Assembly (NCBI GenBank): GCA_951406725.2
Contig: OX597819.1
Coordinates: 78,740,001 to 78,804,000 of the forward strand
Origin: Octopus vulgaris
Lineage: Eukaryota
Length of the DNA stretch: 64,000 nucleotides
Reading direction: 5' to 3'
The notes beneath the pieces were generated by a model, which searched no databases, was not told the origin of the DNA, and was given only the letters and a program-made list of their open reading frames with translations. The number at the start of each line of letters is the position of its first letter. The first letter of the stretch is position 1. Shown here in pieces: positions 53,660 to 64,000 of the stretch. The position numbers and the translations under genes were made by a program.

Positions 53660-54560
53660 GATCTCAATGCTATTCCTTACGTCATCATCAGATAGTGCAC
53701 ACCAGAGCTTTCGCCTATCATCCCCAAACATTTCACTCTCTATGCAGGAAGAGTCTTTATTTCAGTATTTCAAAGCTCATAACAATGTGTCTGTATCTAA
53801 AAAGAGCCATCACTTTGACCCCTGTGAATTACCAATTTTTTGTACACACTGCCAGTGTCAGTGGCACATAAAAAACACCATCCGAGCGTGGCCGTTCGCC
53901 AGCCTCATCTGGCACCTGTGTCGGTGGCACATAAAATCACCCACTTCACTCTCGGAGTGGTTGGCGTTATGAAGGGCATCCAGCTGTAGAAACGCTGCCA
54001 GATCTGACTGGCCTGGTGCAGCCTTCGGGCTCCCCAGACCCCAGTTGAACCGTCCAACCCATGCTAGCATGGAAAGCGGACGTTAAATGATGATGATGAT
54101 GATGATGACTTCTGATGACATTTGGCAACTCATGTAATGGTAACTGTTGTCAACATTCTCCTTCATCACCTTTGTTTTCTCTCTCTCTCTCTTTCTCTTC
54201 TTCTTCTTCTTCTTCTTCTTCTTCTTCTTCTTCTTCTTTCCTCTCTTTCTCTCAGTCACCAGTATGGCTTTTGTAGTGCCTAGGTCTACCTAGGTCTGCT
54301 TTGTCACTTTCCAATAATCCCTCACCTTTGAGAAAAAGCTATTTTAATGCCCTTATAATCCACAAAGCTTTTGGCTGAGTCCCAGCTAAATTACCTACAT
54401 ATGGTCTATGTCTATCTCTTATTTTCTGGATTGGATGCTTTCTTGTCATAAAGTGTGCTGGTGAAGATTTCTCTGACCGCCATTTTTAAACATTGGTGTA
54501 CACCAAGGTTTGGTTATATCTCCTACGCTCAAAGTATATTGACAATCTACTTGTCATCAT
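53660..54560 (+). pseudogene. Heavily decayed CR1/L2/Jockey-group LINE reverse transcriptase, split by SINE B (53860-54108) and a (CTT)n tract
   Basis: IPYVIIR*CTPELSPII, VSVSKK..FDP, KLPTYGL...WIGCFL, IGVHQGLVISPTL, YIDNL correspond in order to the CAPEL, PKK..DP, KL..YG..W..FL, GVPQGS.L.P and YINDL motifs. Confidence 0.65.
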
Positions 54561-54617
54561 TTCTGACTGCACATACTCCTACACAGCTGTTACCACATTT
54601 CATTTCTTCTTGACTGT

Positions 54618-54680
54618 CCACTTGCAGGTGTGATCCACATGCAGGTATGATCCATGTACAGGTGTGATCCACATGCAAGT
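54618..54680. repeat. 17-bp tandem repeat CCACATGCAGGTGTGAT, about 3.7 copies
   Basis: Direct inspection. Confidence 0.85.
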
Positions 54681-56080
54681 TGAGAAACACTGAATCTGAG
54701 AACAGGCATCATCTTGTCTCTTTCAATAGCACAAATGCTTAAACATTAAAACTCTTGCATCTCATACTCCTTGTTATAAACGATCATACAGTAAAATGAA
54801 ACTCAGAATTGCTACAAAATATTTAGAATTGCACCCTGTCTTCTTCAAAGAAGTTAGGACATTTAATGTTTTTTGATCATAGCTTTGTTTGATCAGGGTT
54901 CTATCTTGAATCAATCTACAGACCTCTGGGTTATGGGACTATCACTTTGACACTTTGGCTAAATCCAAGCCTCTGATGAAATCTCTGTGTGATGAATCAA
55001 TATGAGCTGACCGTTTATCATACGTCTGCTTGATCACAGGTCACGTGGGTTGACCTTTCACCATACGTTTGCTTGATCAGGGGTTATTTACACTAACGTA
55101 ACCTGTGAGAGCAATAACCAACAACTTATTCTGAATCCTGTAAATAAATAAGAATAAGAATAAAGGAATGTGTGAGTGAGTGAATGAATGAATGGATGGA
55201 TGGATGAGTGCCTGCTTGATAAATTACTATTAAAAGTCAGTGTTAATCTCAGACCAAACATTATTTTCTGTTGTAGTTGTTATTGTTGCTGCAGAAGTGG
55301 CAGTAGGTGTTGTGATACTAGGTATTGTTGTTGTGATACCGCATCTCATTGCCACACCTTTTCATTCTACCTTTTCTTCTGATATTTAAAAACAAAAAGG
55401 CAAAAAAAAAAAAAAAAAACCGAAACAAAACAAAAAAAAAAAAGACTTAAACAATAATTTTCTTGTTTGTTATTATGGATGTCAAAATAGTTAGCTAATT
55501 ATGATTTTGTTGTGCTGTCCACCGCGATGTGCTGACAACTATTTAATTAATGACGGCGATAATTATTGAACATTCCGTGTCAACTTGTCACTTACTGTTA
55601 TCACACGCATGCAGACACAGATGCACCTATAAACACACACACACTCACACGCATACGGACACACCTACTCACACTCGTTCACTATTTCATGTATAATACA
55701 TGCGCCTCATATAGGACAATTGTCCTGTCTAGAAATATGCGAGTACACATGCACGCATGCACAAATACACATGTACACATGCATAAATTTGCCTCTACCT
55801 GTGTGTGTGTGTGTGTGTGTGTGTATGAGTGCATGCGCGTGTGTAGATATATGTGGGTGAGTGTGCTTATGAAAGTCAACACATTTAATTATCAAAATAT
55901 ATAGTTGTCATTATTTCTCTCTCTCTTTCTCTGTGGTAAGAAGCTTGCTTCCCAACCACAAGGTTCTGGGTTCAGTCCCACTGTGTGGCACCTTGGGCAA
56001 GTATCTTCTACTATAGCCTCAGGCTGATCAAAGCCTTGTGAGTAGATTTGGTTGATGGAAACTGAAAGAAGCCTATTGTG

Positions 56081-56111
<31 letters not shown>

Positions 56112-56489
56112 ATTTGTGTGTGTATGTCTTTGTGTCTGTGTTTGTCCCTCCTACCATCACTTGATGACTGAAGTTTATGTTTACGTCCCCGTAACTTTTG
56201 CCGGTTCGGCAAAAGAGACCGATAGAATAAGTACTAGGCTTACAAAGAATTAGTCCTGGAGTCAATTTCTTTGACTAAAAAGCCTCTTAAGGCAGTGCTG
56301 CAGCATGGCTGCAATCAAAATGACTGAAACATGGAAAAGACTATAAGACATATACATAAACATACCTGTATACAAGTTGGAAACTTGATGTAACCAGACA
56401 ATTTTAACAACTTGCTTTTAACTTCAACTAAAACTTGATTTGTACCTGTGTCATTTCCTGGAGATTTAGTATTCTAACGTTGTCATTGA

Positions 56490-56900
56490 TGCAGGTGTGG
56501 CTGTGTGGTAAGAAGTGTGCTTCCCAACCATATGGTTCCCGGTTCAGTTCTACTTCATGACGCTTTGGGCAAATCACTTCTTCTATCATCCTGGGATGGC
56601 CAAAGCCTTGTGTGTAAATTTGGTTGGCGAAAATCGGAAAAACCCCATTGCGTGTGTGTGTACTTGCTGTGACATAGTGTGATAGTTGAAAAATGATCAT
56701 TACTATCATATAAGCAGCATTCATTTCAAGTATTCTGCAATAACATGCTTGGCCCTTTGTGGGGGGAATTATTAATATGCTGGGGAACTGGTAAGGGTTG
56801 GCAACAGGAAGAGTATCTTCAGCCCATAGAAAGTCTTTCTCAGTACATTCCATCCAACCCATACAAGCATGTCAAAGTAGATAGTAAAATGGTGATGTTG
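56490..56900 (+). mobile_element. SINE A head + tail 2
   Basis: GGTGTGGCTGTGTGGTAAGAAG head; AAGGGTTGGCAACAGGAAG...CCAACCCATACAAGCATG tail. Confidence 0.75.
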
Positions 56901-57384
56901 ATAATATCAGATGTTTACTAGTAATAAATCTCACGACAAAGTTTTGAAATAATTCAATTTTCAAAGTTATCTTTTTTTGTGTATTTTTTTTTCAGAACAG
57001 GTGTTACAATCTTAACCCCATACTTAACACAGTGTCAGTGTAAATATTATATATCTCAACTTTAGCTTTAATTAGTATTTGATTTAATTAGGTATTTCAT
57101 TTTACAAAAGGTAGACCCCCCTCCCCTCCCCCCCCCCGCTACTAAAAAAAAATAAAACCTAATACAGTCTTCTAGCTGCCACAAACCTTGTTATTAGTTG
57201 AAGCTACTGATAGTTTATGCCCTAGATAGACAAATTCTACTACTTGCTTCATAGGCCTTCTGTAAATTTATACTGTGGTTTGTCTGTGTTATCTGGTGTT
57301 GTCACTCTCTTCGTCATGTCATGATTAATTGGGAGACCCACTTTTTTGCACTTGCTGTTATGTGATTTATAAAAATGCATACAT

Positions 57385-57968
57385 GTGTACAACTGTGGAA
57401 GTTGGCTGCTCTGCAGATGTCAACATAAAGCTAAAGATTAGCGAGAAAGAAAATACCTATGTTGAACTATTGAGAAATTTACAGTTACTCTGTCCAGATT
57501 ACAAGTTCAGGTTTATACCTATAATTATTAGGACACTAGAGTATGTACGTAACACACTGCCTAAATACCAATCTTGAGAAATTTGGCTTTTCAAAACCAG
57601 AAAGGAGAAAGCTGATTCAAAGACTACAGATCCAAGCCATCAGTGGAACTGTAAAAATCTGTACAACTTTCCAGAAGTTTATCATTTAGATATATATGAG
57701 CACGTCTAGACATGCAATTATATGTATGAGAATACATACATAAAACAAAACATACAAATCTGCACATATACATACATACATATGTACATATGTATGTATA
57801 TGTGCAGATTTGTATGTTTTGTTTGTATGTATGTATGTATGTACATACATACACACACACCCTGTTGATGTTGAAATTCCAATGAAGGAGTCTAGGTTAG
57901 AAACTGGCTCTTTCTCTATTGGCAAGAAATCTTGAAATAAAACTGAATAATGACATACATACATACAT
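57385..57968 (+). pseudogene. 3' end of an RLE-type non-LTR retrotransposon ending in (CATA)n
   Basis: CTTVEVGCSADVNIKLKISEKENTYVELL...YKFRFIPIII, frameshift, NLEKFGF...LQIQAISGTVKIC..F..*; E..C..D and EK..Y..L endonuclease pattern; UTR ends AATAAAACTGAATAATGA(CATA)n. Confidence 0.7.
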
Positions 57969-58356
57969 AACTGTGTGGATAGGAAACTCACTTTGCAACA
58001 ATGTGGTTTTGGGTTCAGTCTTACTGTGCAGCACCTTGGGCAAATACCTTTTACTTCAGCGTAGGTTGATCAATGCATTGTGAATGAATTTGATAGATAA
58101 AAACTGTGAGAAAACTTGTCATGTGTGTTTGTGTGTGTGTGTATCCCACCACTTGGCAACCAGTGTTAGTTTGTTTATATCCCTTTAACTTAGCAGTTCA
58201 GCCCAAAAAAAAACATTAGAATATGTACCAGACTTTAAAAAATAATAATAAATTCTGCTATCAATTTAAAAGAAATTTTTGCTTTTATTAAAACCTTCAA
58301 AGAATTTTCCCAGGGAGCGTTACTGTCAAATGACTGCAACAAGTAAAAGATGCAAG

Positions 58357-58396
<40 letters not shown>

Positions 58397-58834
58397 ATAT
58401 ATAGTAAGCCCTGATCAGGAAGGCCTATGAACAAAACTGTACAAGCTGTAGCTGCCCCAAACTTTTACTTAATCAGTATATTTAGAAATACAATATCAAG
58501 TAAGACCCTTTTCAGACCACTTATAAGGTATGATCTGTGTATGAAATGACTGCTGTTTCTGAAAGGTCAAGTGATTACATAGAAGCCTCCTTTCTGTTTT
58601 TGAATTTGTCTGTGGTTAGATTTACTTACGTAATTATAAGTTAAATGAAATGCTTGCGTGTACATTGTGTTTGATGAAAGGCTCAAATGAGACAGAGGGG
58701 CAGAAACAGGTGTCTTACTGTAGAGGAGGCACATGGTTACCCAACCAGATATATATATATATATGTATACATATCCATGTATATATGTAAGTGTGTGTTT
58801 ATATATATATATATATATGTGCGTGTGTGTGTTC

Positions 58835-58866
<32 letters not shown>

Positions 58867-59142
58867 TTATATATGTGTGTGTGTTTATATGTGTGTGTGT
58901 GTTTATATGTGTATGTGGGTATATATATATGTATACACACAAACACATATCTACATGCACTCTATAGGTGTGTATATACAAAATTACACATCACAGCAAA
59001 TACACTTACACAAAGGGACACACATCTCACACATACAATCTAGATGCACATACAATCTAATTGGTTAGATTATTTTTTTGGTGTGTCTATGAAGATGTGC
59101 GTGCACACACACATGCACACAGCTCTCTCTGTCTCACATGTG

Positions 59143-59181
<39 letters not shown>

Positions 59182-59665
59182 GGATTTGCTCATTACAACT
59201 TCAAAATAGTCACTTTACCAACATCGTATACAAACTTCCACATGCATTTTTCTATGCGCACATACATGTGCACACACATTTTTGCATACTTTGTTGCTCA
59301 CAGCACCTTATGAAAATGTCACTTAAAACACACGTGCTTACTCTTTCTCCACATGCATCCTTATGCACACACACGCACACATTCATTCATTCATTGTTTT
59401 CATTCATTAAACACATTCACTCTGTACCCTTTGCCGTGGCAACTAAAATGGTCAGAGGTCGTTTTTAGCAACCCACCAAACTCCAGGAAGATTCTTCTCT
59501 GTTTACTGCCATGATTTATTGCCTACCATCAATTTAAATCATTTTAATCGGTGCTGGCATTTGTCTATTGATATTTTTCTCCTGCATAAAACCTAACATA
59601 GCTGGCACTATTCTTTAAGTCTTGTTAAATCACTTTTGTTGCTTTTGAATGCTGGAAACATTTTG

Positions 59666-60337
59666 TTTATTGCACTACAGAACTTCCATACAATGGAGAG
59701 GTGGGCGGAGCAGAAATGGAGATGTGGAAATGTTCTGGAGATTTCTTTCCTTGTGGTCTTTTCACTTTACCATTCTTTCACTCCATGTTACTTATTTATT
59801 CATTTTTTGTAATTTTCATCATTTTTTGTTTTTTTCTTGAAGTATTGAGATTTACTTAGAATAAACAAGTAAAATTATTACACTATGAACATTCTATACA
59901 ATCGGAGTAATACAATGTCTTATTCCTATCATGTTATAGTGTAGAATTTGTTGTGAGTATAAGTTCTTACTTTTGTTACTGTACATTAATATTCTTGCTA
60001 CATGCATGTGACTTTATTACACTACCGGACTTCCATACAATTGACACAGCTTTTATTTATTTATGTTTTAAAAACTGTACTTGATTTTCTCGGTAGAGAG
60101 CAATGAATTTATACGTTAGGGCTTCCATACAGATGGGGAAACTAGAATTAATGTTTGCAGAAACACAGAATATCTTACACACACACACACACATGGAAGG
60201 AAATGTACTACACTACAGGATTTCATACAGTAAAGGAAATTCAGAGGAAATTTATTACACCGCTTGAATCCCTTATAATATATGATCGATCATCAAATTT
60301 AAAATGTTGAAATATATTTCCATTGTACAAGATTTCC

Positions 60338-60394
<57 letters not shown>

Positions 60395-60760
60395 TGTATG
60401 TATAGTATAATATTTATAACACAACAGGATTTCCACTCGATAAGAGAGCCTTATATATCATCACAAACAACACCATCATCATCATCATCATGGAAAATAG
60501 ATGGGTCACTCTCTCAATACAGCTTGTCTCCATCTGCAGCAATCTTTGGCATCTCGTTTGCAAGGTTAAGCATCCAGAGATCAGCTCTCAACCACTGATG
60601 TCCTTGTTTAACTTTGGCCCTTCCTTTTGCCGCGTACTCCTTTTTCTTGCGTCATTTCACATTTTGTCCCTGTAACTATTGTTATTATCTTTATATTTAT
60701 GCTATTGAATTTCAGTCATTATTATTACATTCAAGGTCTTCCATACAATGAAAGGAAATC
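59666..60760 (+). repeat. Array of about 9 degenerate ~30-bp motifs separated by unrelated spacers
   Basis: Consensus TTTATTACACTACAGGACTTCCATACAATG; copies at ~59666, 59874, 60013, 60108, 60204, 60251, 60321, 60413, 60721. Confidence 0.75.
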
Positions 60761-61140
60761 TTTTACTTTGATAAAAATCGAACTAAATATTATTTGCCTT
60801 TACCTTCTGAGTTCAAATTCTGCTGAGGTCAGCTTTGATTTCCATTGTTTCTGGGTCAATTGAATAAGTACCAATTGAAGACTGGGTTTGATATAATTAA
60901 CTCACTCCTCCTTGAAACTGCTGGCCTTATGCCAAATTTTGAAACCATTATTATAGTGATAATTTTTATTAATTATTATTTTGCCTGTTGCTACCTTCTG
61001 TGTTCAAATTCCACCAAGGTCGACTTTGCCTTTCATCCTTTTGGGGTCGATAAATTAAGTACCAGTCAGGTATTGAGGGTCAGTGTAATTGACTAGTCCC
61101 CTCCCACAAAATTTCAGGCCTTGTGCCTACAGTAGAAAAG

Positions 61141-61280
61141 ATTATTATTTTATTGTCTTTGCACAGCTTCTAATGCTGGAGATATACTACAGGTTCAGCT
61201 GTTCACTACCAGGGAACTAAGGTAACACCCTTTATTTTTCGAGCACCATCCGGAATATTTGGGCAGTTCCAAGCAGTGCT
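61141..61280 (-). mobile_element. Extreme 3' end of an R4/Dong-like element at (TAA)n
   Basis: ALLGTAQIFRMVLEK* followed by a short UTR and AATAAAATAATAAT. Confidence 0.7.
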
Positions 61281-61728
61281 TAGAACCACTCATTATTATC
61301 ATTAATATGAAATTGGTGTAATCAATTAGCCCCCATATCCCAAATTTTCACACCTTGTGTCTCCAGTAGAAAGGATTATTATAATTTACTTAAGCACACA
61401 CACACTCACACAAGCATGTATGCATGTACACATTCGTACATGGAACTTATTTTGCAGTCTGTCTTTACACTGCAATACTGCCAATCATTGATGTTATGTT
61501 TTATTACTCTATTGGCATAGCTATTTGGTTTAGAAGTTTGCTTCCCAACCACATGGTTCCAGGTTCAGTTCCACTGCATAGCACTTTAGACACATGTCAC
61601 CTATGAAAGCTCCTGGCTGGACAAAGCCTTCTGAGTGGCTTTAGCTAAAAGCTGAAAGAAGCCCATCATGGAAACACACGTATAAATTCCATCCAAGGGT
61701 TATTGTTTTTATTACTATATATATATAT

Positions 61729-61983
61729 ATAACATAAGGGACTAAAGCCATCTGAATATGGCTAGGGACAGGGCAGGGTGGTGGGGGTGTTACTGTTGCA
61801 TTTAGCCCCAGGCGAACATCGACGTCACCAGAAAGGCTCGACACCGTCACGGTAGGGCACCGTGACGGTGTCGAGCCTTTCTGGTGACGTCGATGTTCGC
61901 CTGGGGCTAAATGCAACAGTAACACCCCCACCACCCTGCCCTGTCCCTAGCCATATTCAGATGGCTTTAGTCCCTTATGTTAT
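61729..61983. repeat. Perfect inverted repeat, 125-bp arms with 5-nt spacer AGGGC
   Basis: 61729-61853 is the exact reverse complement of 61859-61983 by inspection. Confidence 0.97.
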
Positions 61984-62053
61984 CGAGCAGTTACTGTCTA
62001 TATCCCTTTTAGAGAATTATTATTGCTATATATATATATATATATATATATAT

Positions 62054-62586
62054 ACTAGCAGCTAAGGCCAGTTTCACTTGGTCTGTTTGGATGATGTGGC
62101 TGTGATCGTTTTCAGTTAAGCATAATCTATAACAGCTTTTTTTCAACTTTATCATTTTGGGTCCCCTGTTTTGATTGGAGCCTCCTGCTGTATGAAAATT
62201 TCCTGACCCCCCCCCCCCCCTGTCAGAAAACAGCTTCAGGAGTTGTGAAGAAAGTATTTGTACATAATTTGTTTCTGAGAGCTATTCTATTGGACCTCTG
62301 TCTAATCACTTCTTTTAAGGTACACACACATACATAGAAAATGTGAGGTCATGGTAGAAAATTTTTTACGATAGTTAATTTATGGAAATGAGTTCCATTA
62401 GAAAAGGTTTTAATCGATTTTCTCGGTAAGTATGGGGTCTAGGAAAAAAATACAAGCTGCATTCCAATCTATGCACCTATCTCCACATGTGTGCCATTTT
62501 TCACGCCAATCCACCCAGCCATTTGGCTATGAACCTGAAGACAACAAAGAATACAATGATCACCTATGTCCAATTTATATTATAGA
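62054..62586 (+). mobile_element. Non-autonomous Helitron-like (Lep1-style) element
   Basis: Starts ACTAGCAG..GGCCAGTTTCACTTGGTC after (TA)n; ends TTTCACGCCAATCC.CCCAGCCATTTGGC...AATTTATATTATAGA. Confidence 0.55.
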
Positions 62587-62588
62587 AT

Positions 62589-62838
62589 TATAGTAATAAT
62601 AGCAGTAACCCTTGGATGGGATTTATAACTACTTTAATGCATCACTACATGCATTTCCACTAATCACATGTCCTTTAAGATCACAGTCAGTATTCCTGGG
62701 ATTCTTAAGATCACAGTTCATATCCCAGAAGCACAAATTGTGATATAAAGTGACTTGTGATTTGCAGAAATGTGCATAGTGATGCATTAAATGTTTATAA
62801 ATTTCATATAAGGATTATTGTCATCATTAATTACTATA
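62589..62838. mobile_element. Foldback MITE with ~100-bp imperfect TIRs and TA ends; partial arms at 46843-46915 and 61681-61719
   Basis: TATAGTAAT...TTTAATGCATCACTA pairs with TAGTGATGCATTAAA...ATTACTATA. Confidence 0.75.
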
Positions 62839-64000
62839 TTTATCCTATTTTATATCAGTACAGCTTGGTGTGACCCGCAAAAACTGGTTCACCAGTCAGC
62901 ATAATTAGACTGTAGCTGGCTTGATGGAATAGGTGCTTTATTTGCATATCCAAAACGTTTCCCGGCTTGCTTAGCTACCACATGGTTTCAAGTTCAACCC
63001 CATTGCATGGCACCTTGGGCAAGTGTCTTCTTCTATAGCTGAACAAAGCCTTGTGAGTGGATTTGGTAGACGGAAAACTGAAAGAGGCCAATCGTATATA
63101 TATGTGTGTGTGTGTTTGTGTGTCTGTCTTCCCCCTCCCCAACATCGCTTGATATCCGATGCTGGAGTGTTTACATCCCCGTAACTTAGTGGTTTGGCAA
63201 AAGTGACCGATAGAATAAGTACTAGGCTTACGAAGACCAAGTCCTGGGGTCGATATGCTCAACTAAAGGCGGTCCTGTAGCATGACTGTCATCTAATGAC
63301 TGAAACAAATAATATATATATATATATATCATTTAATACACACTGTATTGAAATAAAAGCTATTAATAGTTTCTTGCCATTAAGACATGTGGTTAGGAAC
63401 ATTATGAAAACCTGCTTAACCTTGTATTTTACTGGATGGGGGGCTTATTTTTTTTGTCCATCTTACCTTAATGGAACAGTCAAGGATACATATATATTTG
63501 TGTGGTGTGTGTGAGTTTATGTATGTTTGTGTTACTGTCATACATGTAGTGTTATTCATTTCCATTTCTCTGTGAGAACATGTCTAGCCATGGAGAAATA
63601 TTTCGTTGCCTGGAAACAGGTAAGGGTCGGCAACAAGAAAGACATTTGGCCATAGAAAAATTTGCCTCAATAATCTCCATTCAATCCATTTACGCATAGA
63701 AAAGTAGATGTCAAAATGATGGAGTGGCTGTGTGGTAAGTGGCTTGCTTACGAACCACATGGTTCTGGGTTCAGTCCCACTGTGTGGCACCTTGGGCAAG
63801 TGTCTTCTGCTACAGCCTCAGGCCGACCAAAGCCTTGTAAGTGGATTTGGTAGACGGAAACTGAAAGAAGCCCATCGCACATATATATATGTGTGTATGC
63901 ATATGTTTGTCCTCCCCCAACATCGCTTGACGACCGATGCTGGTGTGTTTATGTCCCTGTAACTTGCAGTTTGGCAAAAGAGACCGATAGAATAAGTACT

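Noticed and set aside
59666-60760. CRISPR array
   Set aside because: Repeats are degenerate, spacer lengths vary widely, there are no cas genes and the context is eukaryotic.
61919-61975. Twister-like motif TAACAC...GTCCCTAGCC in the palindrome arm
   Set aside because: No downstream GAGGG pseudoknot partner and no P1/P2 pairing.
1-64000. Conserved miRNA, rRNA, snRNA or intact protein-coding genes
   Set aside because: None recognised by eye; short exons or lineage-specific small RNAs cannot be excluded without transcript data.

Overview
AT-rich, animal-like non-coding DNA packed with microsatellites ((TA)n, (CA)n, (TATG)n, (GAT)n, (TAA)n) and short interspersed repeats. The repeat style is most consistent with an octopod cephalopod (Octopus-like); this is inference from recalled repeat families, not a database hit. 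No intact host gene is recognisable, and nearly all listed ORFs are microsatellite or SINE read-through. Supported content: at least four SINE-like families in many copies (labelled A, B, D, E here) plus a ~500-bp repeat (C); decayed DD41D Tc1/mariner and pogo transposases; RTE, CR1-group, R4/Dong-like and Penelope-like retrotransposon relics; piggyBac-, hAT-, pogo- and mariner-type MITEs; and Helitron/Helentron-like non-autonomous elements. The most unusual items are a perfect 125-bp-arm palindrome (61729-61983), an array of ~9 degenerate ~30-bp motifs with unique spacers (59666-60760), decayed minimal hammerhead ribozyme motifs in (TA)n-embedded elements, SINEs sharing one head but carrying two different tails, and retroelements ending in specific microsatellites. 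Coordinates of decayed repeats are approximate and read by eye.
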